Source of the DNA: an uncultured delta proteobacterium
GTDB taxonomy: Bacteria; Myxococcota_A; Polyangia; Polyangiales; Houyiibacteriaceae
Length of the DNA stretch: 64,000 bases
NCBI GenBank assembly: GCA_963704865.1
Contig: CAVPIE010000015.1
Span: 260,658-324,657 of the forward strand
Direction of reading: 5' to 3'
The first letter of the stretch is position 1. Each line of letters starts with the position of its first letter. Below are positions 38,525-47,751 of the stretch, one piece after another. The translations under genes and the position numbers were made by a program. The notes beneath the pieces were generated by a model. The model saw nothing but the letters and a program-made list of their open reading frames with translations, searched no databases and had not been told where the DNA came from.

Positions 38525-40582
38525 GTGAGTTGGGGGGCTCAACCAGAACAGCCGACGCAGATTCGCGGGGTAGCGACTTTGGACCGGCTCGTCGTGGAGG
38601 GGCAGGTGCCTCCCGACCTCTACGACGAGGTCGTCATCCATGCCCAGCGAACGCAGTCGACCGCGGAAGAAGCGATTCTTCAACTGGGTCTGATGAGCGA
38701 AACGGCGCTCCTCAAGTACATCGCGGGCATCTACAAGACCCGATTCGTGAGCTCCGAGCGGCTTGCCAAGGCGGCCATCGACCTCGGACTGCTCCAAAAA
38801 GTGCCCCGCAAGCTTGCCAAACGGCTGACGGCATTCCCGATCTTGTACGACGCGAAGACCCGGATGGTTTCGGTCGTCGCAGCGGATATGACGGACGAGG
38901 ACGTGCGTCAGCAAATGACGTTCGCCACGGGTGCACGCGGTGTCCACGTCTACGTGGCGCGGGAGGGCGCCATTCGCGCAGCCATTGCCAAGCACTACGA
39001 CCAGGACAACCGACCGTTCGAGTTGCTGCTGAGCGGCGCCTCGTCGCGTGACGTGCAATCGTCGCGGGATTCTGACCCCGTGCCGGGATGGGGCCAGGTC
39101 TTCGAGGACAAGGACGGGCTTTTGATCCGTCGTCGTAGAAAAGAATCACTCGAAGGTGAGCAGCCAGCCAACGATCAGTTGATCGAGTATGACGTCGACG
39201 TGCTGCCGCCGAACACGCAGCCGAAGATTCCAGCAGGCGAGACGCTCATCGAGCAACTATCGGCATCTGAGCAGGGGGGCGATCTTGCAGTCGACCCAGA
39301 GGTTTACCTCGAGACGCTTAGCGTACTCGTCACTCTGATGGAACAGCTCAATCCCGATCGCGGTGCGCACTCGATGCGTGTCGCGCGTATGTGTCAGCAA
39401 GTGTGTGAGCGGATTCGGCTGAGCAAGGCTCAGATCCAAGGCATTTTGGTTGCCGCGTACCTGCACGATGTCGGCGTTTCGACCGAGTCGCATTCGACGC
39501 CCTTCGATGTCGTGCGCGACGAGAGCAAAACCGAGATCGCACGCCGATTCTACAGCGCCCCGCTTCGAATTCTGGAGTCCGTCGATCTTCCCAAAACGGC
39601 GGTCGATGCGCTTCGGCACCGCTTTGAGCGTTTCGATGGCAAGGGCTTCCCGGAGCGTCTGAGTGGAAAGGACATCCCCCTCGGCGCTCGGATTCTCGCG
39701 GTCGCAGAGAGCTACATCGATCTGACGCAGAGCACAGCCAATGGGCTCGGGCGGCGCGTCTCCGCCGAGGAAGCCTGCAACGCGCTCGAGCCTCACAAGG
39801 GAACGAGCTTCGACCCGGCGGTCGTCGATTGGTTGCGCCACATCGTCCTCGACAACGGGCTCAACACGCAAATCATGTCTGCGCGCCATCGCGTGCTCAT
39901 CGTCGATCCGGACCCGGAAGAAACTGCGGTTCTCGAGGTGCAGTTCGCTGGTCAGGGGTACGACGTCAGCATCGAGCGATCGATCAAAGGTGCGCTGCGG
40001 AGTTTGGACAGCGACGGATACGACGTCGTTGTGAGCGAGATAAACCTAGCGGACGGCCAAGGTTTCGAGCTTCTCGAGCTGATGCGCGACCATGGGCATA
40101 CCCAAATGCCGCTGATGTTCGTGAGCTCCGACCGCGCTCAGTCTTCGGTCGATCGCGGGCTCGAGCTCGGAGCAGCGGACTACGTGGTCAAGCCTACGTC
40201 TGCTGCCGTGATCGCGGCCAAGGCGGGTCGAATGATTGCGAACAGTCGAACTCGGAAGCCTGGCCCCCGCGGTGTATCGGGCTCGCTCCAGGAAATGGCG
40301 CTGCCCGATTTGATTCAGATGATCGCGAACGGTCGCAAGAACGGGATCTTGAGGGTTCGCAACGGCGCGTCACAGGGTGAGCTGATGTTCCAGGACGGCT
40401 CGATTCACGACGCGCGCTTCGGCGAGCTTTCCAGGGCTGAAGCCGTCTATGAGTTGCTTCGCCTCACGGATGGAGATTTCACCCTGGAGCCCCAAACCAC
40501 GCCCGTGCAGGACGTCATTGGGATTCCGACGCACCACCTCCTGCTCGAAGCGATGCGTCGGCTCGACGAAGACCAGCGCTAG
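38525..40582 (+). CDS. Multidomain signalling protein: GSPII_E-N/MshEN-like, HD-GYP, receiver and DUF4388
   Basis: HSMRVA, YLHDVG, ERFDGKGFP..LSGKDIPLGARILAVA, FDP; REC ..GAADYVVKP; GSLQEMALPDLIQM...G.L.F.DG.I.DA. Confidence 0.88.
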   Translation: MSWGAQPEQPTQIRGVATLDRLVVEGQVPPDLYDEVVIHAQRTQSTAEEAILQLGLMSETALLKYIAGIYKTRFVSSERLAKAAIDLGLLQKVPRKLAKRLTAFPILYDAKTRMVSVVAADMTDEDVRQQMTFATGARGVHVYVAREGAIRAAIAKHYDQDNRPFELLLSGASSRDVQSSRDSDPVPGWGQVFEDKDGLLIRRRRKESLEGEQPANDQLIEYDVDVLPPNTQPKIPAGETLIEQLSASEQGGDLAVDPEVYLETLSVLVTLMEQLNPDRGAHSMRVARMCQQVCERIRLSKAQIQGILVAAYLHDVGVSTESHSTPFDVVRDESKTEIARRFYSAPLRILESVDLPKTAVDALRHRFERFDGKGFPERLSGKDIPLGARILAVAESYIDLTQSTANGLGRRVSAEEACNALEPHKGTSFDPAVVDWLRHIVLDNGLNTQIMSARHRVLIVDPDPEETAVLEVQFAGQGYDVSIERSIKGALRSLDSDGYDVVVSEINLADGQGFELLELMRDHGHTQMPLMFVSSDRAQSSVDRGLELGAADYVVKPTSAAVIAAKAGRMIANSRTRKPGPRGVSGSLQEMALPDLIQMIANGRKNGILRVRNGASQGELMFQDGSIHDARFGELSRAEAVYELLRLTDGDFTLEPQTTPVQDVIGIPTHHLLLEAMRRLDEDQR

Positions 40583-40646
40583 CACCTGTCAGGTGTTCAG
40601 CGCTCCGCCAGTTTGAGCCGGGCACGCCGTGGGATATGCTGGTGAG

Positions 40647-43600
40647 GTGCGTCTCTGCCATCAGTGCGGCGCGTCGGTAGAAGATGCCGCGCGCTTTTGT
40701 TCTGCCTGCGGTGCGCTCTCTGACGAACAAGAGGGCGGCGGTGGCGCGGACCCGCTCGTCGGCCGTGTCGTCGGCGGAACCTATCTCCTTCAAGAGGTCG
40801 TCGGCGTCGGGGGCATGGGCCGCGTCTACAAGGCGGAACAATCGACGCTAGGCCGGACCGTCGCGGTCAAGGTCATCCACCCGCATCTCCTCAGCGACGA
40901 GCAAACCGTAGCGCGGTTTTATCAGGAGGCTCGTGCGTCGAGCCGACTAAATCACCCCAACAGCGTCAGCATCATCGACTTCGGCCGGACCGACGATGGG
41001 ATTCTCTACCTCGCAATGGAGTTCCTGAGCGGTAGGGACTTGGCGCTGGTGATGCACGAAGAAGGGCCGCTCGAGGTGGAGAGGGTCTGCAAGATCCTGA
41101 TCAACACGCTCGATGCGCTAGGCGAAGCGCACGAGCTCGGCATCGTGCACCGAGATCTGAAGCCTGAGAACATCATTTTGCGTCCACTTCGATCGGGCGA
41201 TGACCTGGTCAAGGTCGTCGACTTCGGGCTTGCCACGATCGTCGGGAAAGAGAGCTCGATCACGAAACCCGGCTTGGTCTGCGGAACGCCTGACTACATG
41301 TCTCCAGAGCAGGGCCGCGGGGATAGCGTCGATGGGCGCGGCGACCTCTATGCGCTCGGCGTCGTGCTCTTCGAGCTTCTGGCCGGGCACCTTCCGTATA
41401 TCGACGATACGCCCACCCGGGTCGTCCTGAGGCACATCAATGACCCGATCCCCGACCCACGCGAAGCGAATCCCCCGCGCGAGGTGCCGGATCGATTGGC
41501 CGAAGTGACCATGAAGGCGCTGGCCAAGGATCCCAACGACCGCTATCAGGTCGCCCGCGACATGCAGCATGCGCTCCGTGGCGCCCTCGAAGATACGCTG
41601 GTCCTCCGCGCCTCGGTCGTTCCCTGCCCGAGCTGCGGCGCGGCCACGTCGCACGCCCAAAACTTCTGTGGCGAGTGCGGCGCACGGCTTACTGGGCCCG
41701 AACCGGCTCTTGGCAGCAATCGTTCGCTTCGGCCGTCATTTTATCCACCGCTGGGGTCGCAGCGGTTCTTCGTCGGGCGCGAGCATGAGCTCCGCCTGAT
41801 CCGTGAGCATCGTCATGCCGCCACGCAAGGGGCGCATTGGGTTCACGTGTTCGGTGAACCGGGCGTGGGCAAGACACGGTTTCTCACCGAAATCGCCGAG
41901 GTCGCTGCGGCCGAAGGTGACCTCGTGATCGGCGCCGGCGCACATTCGACCGGCTCTCCGGTCCCGTACTCGGCCATTCGAACCATCTTGGCCGAGCTCC
42001 TCGAAGTCGATGATTCGGAGCTGGCGAGGATGGCGGGTCGCCGAGATGATCTGGGGTCGGCACTCGCTCGAGCGGGGGTCGACGAGGTGATGAACCCTGC
42101 CGGCCTGCTCGGCGGCGACGGTCGATCGAGGACAGGCGCCGTGGGCGAAGCGCTGGCCTCTGCGGTTCGCAACGCTCGCGCGCGGGCCTCCAGTGGACGA
42201 GTGATGTTGATCGTCGATGACCTCTCGTACTGCGACGGCCTCACCCAGCGGACCATCGTGGAGCTTTCGCGTGCGCTCGGGACAGAGCCGGTGCTCTTGG
42301 TGACTGCCGGTGACGACGATCGCGGCATCCTCGCCGATGAACGGATTCATCTCGAAGGTCTCGAATCGGCGGAGGCCGAACAGTTCTTGGCTGGGTCGTT
42401 CCACCTTCGCTTGGTATCGGGCCTCGACAAGCTCGCCGAGTCGGTGGGCGGACAGGTCCTGCCACTACACTTGGAGCAGTTGGAGGCGCTTGGGGTTACC
42501 CCGGACGACGGACCGTTGCCGCGCATGGCCGATGCGATCGCTCAGCGTATCGAACGTCTCGAAGTCGATGCCCAGCGCCTCCTCCAAGCCGCCGCGGTTC
42601 TCGGCCGGACCTGCGATCTGGACGTCCTGCGCCGCGTTTCGGAGAACGATGAGCTGCACGGCCTCGACGAGCTGGCCGGAAACTCGCTCGTGCAACTCGA
42701 CGGGGGCAGGGTGAGCATCGTCCATCCTTTCATCGCGGACCTCATCGCTGCGTCGATTCCCGCCGAGGCGCGCCGTGCTCTTCACCGCCGCGCGTTCGAC
42801 GTACTGAGCGAGCTTCGAGCGCCTCAAGAGGTGCGTGCCGTGCACGCGTATAGTGGCGTCGATCCGGTGACGAGCCTCGTCGTCCTCGAGAAGGCTGGCG
42901 ATGCTTCCATGAGCCGCGGCGATCACATCGGTGCGGTTCTGCAATACCGACGCGCGCTCGAACTCGCTCGGCGCCAAACCTTGGAGAGCGGCGATACCGT
43001 CTACGACCGGGCCATCGCCACGTTCAGTCGAAAGCTTGGAGAGGCGCTTGCTCGATCGGGCGATGCCTCCGGTGCAGACGGAGTGCTGCGCGAGGCGCTC
43101 GACCTGACGGTGCCCAACAGCGCCGACCGCGCCAAGATGCTTTTGTCCCTGGGTCGGATTGCCGCGCGTCGGGACCGGCCTCGGGATGCCATGCGGCACT
43201 ACGGCCAAGCGCTCGAGCTGGTCGCCGGTGTCGAACCGTCGGTTGAATCCCATCTGCAGGTGGCCATCGGCCGTATTCGCCGTATCGAAGGCGACCCACA
43301 GCATGCAGCCAACGCCTATCGGCGTGCGCTCGAGCTCTTTAGCGAAATCGGCGCGCCCGCCGACACGATCTCGCGCGCCCGACTCGAGCTCGCCGATGCG
43401 CTGACCGCGGCGGGCGACCATGAAGGCGCCACTCACGAGCTCGCGAGCGTGGAGCGGGACGGAAGGGCGAACGGCAGCTCGAGTCTCGTGGCGCGCGCCG
43501 TTGGAATGCTCGGCTCGATCGACGAGCTGGCCGGCCGCGCGCGGGACGCCCAGACGCGATACGAGGAGGCCGCTACTCTGGCTGCGGAGGCGGGTGATGC

Positions 43601-43655
43601 GCCCGGCCATCGGCGCTGGCTTTCAGCCAGCAAAACGCTCCGGGCCAGCATCTAG
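40647..43655 (+). CDS. Zn-ribbon / Ser-Thr kinase / Zn-ribbon / AAA (STAND-like) ATPase / TPR protein
   Basis: CHQCG..FCSACG; GVGGMGRVY, HRDLKPEN, DFG; CPSCG..FCGECG; FVGREHEL, GEPGVGKT, LIVDDL; TPR tail. Confidence 0.9.
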   Translation: MRLCHQCGASVEDAARFCSACGALSDEQEGGGGADPLVGRVVGGTYLLQEVVGVGGMGRVYKAEQSTLGRTVAVKVIHPHLLSDEQTVARFYQEARASSRLNHPNSVSIIDFGRTDDGILYLAMEFLSGRDLALVMHEEGPLEVERVCKILINTLDALGEAHELGIVHRDLKPENIILRPLRSGDDLVKVVDFGLATIVGKESSITKPGLVCGTPDYMSPEQGRGDSVDGRGDLYALGVVLFELLAGHLPYIDDTPTRVVLRHINDPIPDPREANPPREVPDRLAEVTMKALAKDPNDRYQVARDMQHALRGALEDTLVLRASVVPCPSCGAATSHAQNFCGECGARLTGPEPALGSNRSLRPSFYPPLGSQRFFVGREHELRLIREHRHAATQGAHWVHVFGEPGVGKTRFLTEIAEVAAAEGDLVIGAGAHSTGSPVPYSAIRTILAELLEVDDSELARMAGRRDDLGSALARAGVDEVMNPAGLLGGDGRSRTGAVGEALASAVRNARARASSGRVMLIVDDLSYCDGLTQRTIVELSRALGTEPVLLVTAGDDDRGILADERIHLEGLESAEAEQFLAGSFHLRLVSGLDKLAESVGGQVLPLHLEQLEALGVTPDDGPLPRMADAIAQRIERLEVDAQRLLQAAAVLGRTCDLDVLRRVSENDELHGLDELAGNSLVQLDGGRVSIVHPFIADLIAASIPAEARRALHRRAFDVLSELRAPQEVRAVHAYSGVDPVTSLVVLEKAGDASMSRGDHIGAVLQYRRALELARRQTLESGDTVYDRAIATFSRKLGEALARSGDASGADGVLREALDLTVPNSADRAKMLLSLGRIAARRDRPRDAMRHYGQALELVAGVEPSVESHLQVAIGRIRRIEGDPQHAANAYRRALELFSEIGAPADTISRARLELADALTAAGDHEGATHELASVERDGRANGSSSLVARAVGMLGSIDELAGRARDAQTRYEEAATLAAEAGDAPGHRRWLSASKTLRASI

Positions 43656-43676
43656 CACTCTGCTATGCTCCACCAC

Positions 43677-44237
43677 ATGTCGCGCTGCTGGTGGATCTGC
43701 GTTCTGATCGCTACGTCTGGCTGCGATCCGCTGGGTGAGTTTGGCACCGGGGAGGGGGAAATCTACCGAGGCGAGATCGTCGGCGTGAACGACCCGCTCA
43801 ACTGTCCCGGCGGGATAGACTGCTCATTCATTCGCCGGGGCTTTCCCTCGGGCGTGACCCTCGGCCTCACGTTCGATCCGGAGCGGCAGTACGAGAACCC
43901 GGGCACGATTTCGACCAGCGGTGAACCCTGCGGCCCCACGTTTACCGATACGCCGCTCCTTTCGATTCCTCCGCTCGCGCACGACCAGCTCGGGCTCTAT
44001 GAGTTTCCGGGGAGCGGTAGGATTCGGAATTACATGTTCGTCGCGCGGCCAGATTCAGGCCCGCTTGTCGGGCGGGACGTGATGGTGTTTCTCTCGCTCC
44101 TTCGGGGCGGCAATATCGAGGTGCGCTTGGTTGCTGGCCCGGGGCTGGAAATTTGCGACCCGTCGGATTGCGGCGTGATCGATGCCGGGGCCTGTGACTA
44201 CTTCGGTGTGTTTGGGCTCCACAGAGAGACGCTCTGA
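43677..44237 (+). CDS. Hypothetical Cys-rich lipoprotein
   Basis: Lipobox-like TSGC; six further Cys; stop overlaps the tsaD start. Confidence 0.7.
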   Translation: MSRCWWICVLIATSGCDPLGEFGTGEGEIYRGEIVGVNDPLNCPGGIDCSFIRRGFPSGVTLGLTFDPERQYENPGTISTSGEPCGPTFTDTPLLSIPPLAHDQLGLYEFPGSGRIRNYMFVARPDSGPLVGRDVMVFLSLLRGGNIEVRLVAGPGLEICDPSDCGVIDAGACDYFGVFGLHRETL

Positions 44238-45307
44238 TGCGCGTGCTTGGGATAGAGAGCTCCTGTGATGAAACGGCCGCGGCGCTCGTTACCGACGCGG
44301 GCGAGGTGCTGGCGGATGTCGTGGCGAGCCAAGTTGCGATGCACGGGCCCTACGGAGGCATCGTCCCTGAGCTCGCCTCACGGGCGCACATGCAGGCGAT
44401 CATTCCGGTCATTCGTGAAGCGCTCGCCAAAGCACCCGGTGGGCTCGAGGGGGTCGATGCGATTGCCGTCACCCAGGGCCCCGGCTTGGTGGGTTCTCTT
44501 CTGGTCGGTGTCCAGGTCGCGAAGGCCCTGGCCTGGAGTATTGGCAAGCCGCTCGTCGGCGTGAACCATCTGGATGGCCACCTCTTGGCCGTCTATTTGA
44601 CTCGGCCAGGTGAGGATCAGCCCCGGCAGGGGCCCGCAATGCCGTTCGTCGGCTTGCTCGTGAGCGGGGGACACACGGCGCTCTACCGCGTCGAAGGCTT
44701 CGGTGACATCGCGCTACTGGCGCAGACGCGGGACGACGCTGCGGGAGAGGCCTTCGACAAGGCTGCCAAGCTTCTCGGCCTTGGGTACCCCGGCGGCCCC
44801 GCGATCGATCGCTTGGCTGCCGGTGGGAACGCCGGCGTCATTTCGTTTCCCCTTCCCATGGCGTCGCGCAAGACCTTGGAGTTCAGCTTCTCGGGCTTGA
44901 AGACGGCCCTCGCGCGCCATGTTCAGCAGCACGGTGTCCCTGCCGACGAGCAAGCGCTCGCCGACCTTTGCGCCTCCTTTCAAGGTGTGATCGTCGAAAG
45001 CCTCGTTCGGAAGGCGATTCTCGCTTGCAAGCACGAAAAGCTCGGCCGTCTGGTCATCAGCGGAGGCGTCGCAGCGAATCGCGGACTGCGTGCTCGCGCC
45101 AAGGAGGCCTGCGACGCGAACGGGGTCGAGCTTTTCGTTCCCCCTCCCGTCTCTTGTACCGACAACGCGGCCATGATCGCGATCGCTGCAGCACACCGCC
45201 TGACGGCAGGCGAGCGAGACGACTTTTCGTTTGCCGTCTACTCACGCGACCCCGACCGACGCCGCGGCAAGTTCCGCCGAGATGGAACGCTCGTCGAGCG
45301 CACATAG
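44237..45307 (+). CDS. tsaD: tRNA threonylcarbamoyltransferase
   Basis: GIESSCDET, GGIVPELASRAH, GPGL, HLDGH, VSGGHT, DDAAGEAFDK, SFSGLKT, GGVAAN, DNAAMIA. Confidence 0.97.
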   Translation: MRVLGIESSCDETAAALVTDAGEVLADVVASQVAMHGPYGGIVPELASRAHMQAIIPVIREALAKAPGGLEGVDAIAVTQGPGLVGSLLVGVQVAKALAWSIGKPLVGVNHLDGHLLAVYLTRPGEDQPRQGPAMPFVGLLVSGGHTALYRVEGFGDIALLAQTRDDAAGEAFDKAAKLLGLGYPGGPAIDRLAAGGNAGVISFPLPMASRKTLEFSFSGLKTALARHVQQHGVPADEQALADLCASFQGVIVESLVRKAILACKHEKLGRLVISGGVAANRGLRARAKEACDANGVELFVPPPVSCTDNAAMIAIAAAHRLTAGERDDFSFAVYSRDPDRRRGKFRRDGTLVERT

Positions 45308-45314
45308 GCGGCCC

Positions 45315-47600
45315 ATGTCTGCGAGCCCGTCGGAGTCGATCGAATCGCACTACGTCGAAGTGGCCCTTCCGGTTCCACTTCGAAAGCTGTTTACCTATGA
45401 CGTGCCCAGCCAACTGCGGGGCACGCTGCAGCCGGGGAGCCGCGTCGCCGTTTCGTTTAGCCGTCGGAAGCTAGCCGGCTTCGTGGTGAGCGGGCGCAAC
45501 GACCTTCCCGATGGGGTGGCCCGGGCGCTTCCCGTCGCGGGCCTTCTGGAATCGGAGCCGGTGTTCACCGCCGAGTTGCTGCGATTCCTCGACCAGGCTG
45601 CGAAGTATTACATGCACCCGCTCGGCGAGGTCCTGCGTGCCGCGGCGCCAGCATTGCCGTCGGGGGCGATGCGACGGCTCCGCAAAGATGGATTTCTGCA
45701 AGCTACCGAGAATCTCCCCGGGAAGCGCGTCGCACACCATCGAACCTGGAAGGTGACGGCGACCGGCACAGACGCATCGGCTATTCGTCTCGGCGCGCGG
45801 CAGAAGAAGCTCATGGATCGATTCGCGGATCGCGATTCGATCCTCCTCGAGGAGCTGCGCGGCGAGGTCAACGAACCCCGTGCCGTCGTGCGTTCGCTCG
45901 CGGAAAAGGGGCTCCTCGAATTCGAAGAGGTCGAAGCCATTCGTGATCCGTTCTTTCGAATCCCGGTCAGGCGCGACGAGCCACATGCTCCGACCGCCGC
46001 GCAGCAAATCGCGATTGACGCCGTCGTCGAGGCGCTCGCCGAACGTAGTGGTCAGGCGTTTCTTCTGCACGGCGTGACCGGGTCGGGAAAAACCGAAGTC
46101 TACCTCCGCGCGATCGACGAAGTGCGTAAGGCTGGCCGCGGCGCAATTTTGCTCGTGCCCGAGATTGCGCTCACCCCACAGCTCGTCGGACGATTTCGTG
46201 CGCGGTTTGGTGACGACATCGCCGTGCTTCACAGCGGGCTTACCGCACGGCAACGCGAGGACGCCTGGCAAGCGCTTCGCAAGGGGAGGGTGCAGGTTGC
46301 GATCGGGGCGCGCTCCGCCTTGTTCGCCCCCGTTGCAGACCTCGGATTGATTGTCGTCGACGAGGAGCACGACCCGTCGTTCAAGCAGGACGAGGGCTTT
46401 CGCTATCACGCTCGGGACATGGCCTTGCTCCGGGCGCGGTACGCTGGAGCGGTTTGTGTGCTTGGGAGCGCCACGCCTTCGGTCGAAACCTATCATCGCG
46501 CAAATCAAGGGCTCATCGGCTTGCTTTCACTGCCCACGCGAGCGACCGGTGCAACCATGCCTGACGTGGAAATCGTCGATTTGCGTCGACACCGAATCGG
46601 CCCGACGGGGCATCCCCTCGTCTCCGGGCCCCTTTTCGCGGCGCTCGACCGCTGTTTGAAAGAAGGTCATCAGGCGATCATCTTTCTCAACCGGCGCGGT
46701 TTTGCGCCAAGCCTGCGGTGCGCGTCCTGTGGCGTAGTGGCGGAGTGCCCTGCCTGCAGCGTCGCTCTGACCGAGCATCGGGGGCAGGGCGCGCTTCGAT
46801 GCCACTACTGCGATTTCCATCGGGCGGTGGCCATTCCTTGCACCGCGTGCGGGAGCACCGAGTACAAACGACTTGGCGTCGGCACCGAACAGCTGCAAAA
46901 AGCCGTCGAAGAGGGTTTCCCGAAGGCCTGCGTCGCGCGGCTCGATCGCGACACCGCGTCAGGGGATGGGGTCGAACGGGTCCTCGATCGGCTGCGGAGC
47001 GGCGAGGTCGACGTCCTCGTGGGTACGCAGATGGTTACCAAGGGACACGACATTGCCGGGGTTACCCTGGTCGGTGTGGCCCTTGCCGATCAGAGCCTCG
47101 CCTTCCCAGATTTTCGCGCTTCCGAACGCACCTTCCAGTTGCTCGCGCAGGTCGCCGGTCGTGCAGGCCGTGCCGACAGCCCAGGGGAAGTCATCCTTCA
47201 GACCTTCCAGCCCGATCACGCCGCGGTGCGTCTGGCCGCACAGCATGACTACGAAAGCTTCTTCGCCGAAGAGATCCGAGAGCGGCAAGAGGTCGGCTAT
47301 CCACCTTTTGCGCGCCTCGTGAGTGTGCGTGTCCACGCTGGCGCCGAAGACGACGCCCGCGGCGCCACCCAACTACTCGCCGACACCGCGCGTCAACACC
47401 AGTCCGTCAAAGATGGTGCGGTCCAAGTTCTAGGCCCGGCCCCCGCACCGCTGGTTCGTCTTCGAGGCCGCTACCACTACCGTCTTCTGCTGAAGTCCCC
47501 CGACAGAAAGCTCCTCCGCAACGTCACCGCGCACCTAGCCGCCCGAATCGAAGCCGGCCTCCCCCACGCTCACGCCACCCTAGACATCGACCCGCTCTAG
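45315..47600 (+). CDS. priA: Primosomal protein N'
   Basis: GVTGSGKTEVY, DEEHD, SAT, four CxxC pairs, GTQMVTKG, QVAGRAGR. Confidence 0.97.
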   Translation: MSASPSESIESHYVEVALPVPLRKLFTYDVPSQLRGTLQPGSRVAVSFSRRKLAGFVVSGRNDLPDGVARALPVAGLLESEPVFTAELLRFLDQAAKYYMHPLGEVLRAAAPALPSGAMRRLRKDGFLQATENLPGKRVAHHRTWKVTATGTDASAIRLGARQKKLMDRFADRDSILLEELRGEVNEPRAVVRSLAEKGLLEFEEVEAIRDPFFRIPVRRDEPHAPTAAQQIAIDAVVEALAERSGQAFLLHGVTGSGKTEVYLRAIDEVRKAGRGAILLVPEIALTPQLVGRFRARFGDDIAVLHSGLTARQREDAWQALRKGRVQVAIGARSALFAPVADLGLIVVDEEHDPSFKQDEGFRYHARDMALLRARYAGAVCVLGSATPSVETYHRANQGLIGLLSLPTRATGATMPDVEIVDLRRHRIGPTGHPLVSGPLFAALDRCLKEGHQAIIFLNRRGFAPSLRCASCGVVAECPACSVALTEHRGQGALRCHYCDFHRAVAIPCTACGSTEYKRLGVGTEQLQKAVEEGFPKACVARLDRDTASGDGVERVLDRLRSGEVDVLVGTQMVTKGHDIAGVTLVGVALADQSLAFPDFRASERTFQLLAQVAGRAGRADSPGEVILQTFQPDHAAVRLAAQHDYESFFAEEIRERQEVGYPPFARLVSVRVHAGAEDDARGATQLLADTARQHQSVKDGAVQVLGPAPAPLVRLRGRYHYRLLLKSPDRKLLRNVTAHLAARIEAGLPHAHATLDIDPL

Positions 47601-47750
47601 GGGACACTCTCCGCCCCCCCAAGCCCCAAAACCACACACATTCTGCGGCAAAGATCGCAGCGTCCCCCTGACAAGGTTTCTGTGTGCCGCTGCGGTCCTT
47701 GCCTGAGAAGCGCAGCGTTTTCAAGTGCTTACGGGGGTGGAGAGTGTCCC
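47601..47750. repeat. 150-bp long-hairpin element filling the convergent priA/kstD intergenic
   Basis: 24-nt terminal inverted repeat GGGACACTCTCCGCCCCC..AAGC / GCTT..GGGGGTGGAGAGTGTCCC plus an inner stem. Confidence 0.85.
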
Positions 47751-47751
47751 T

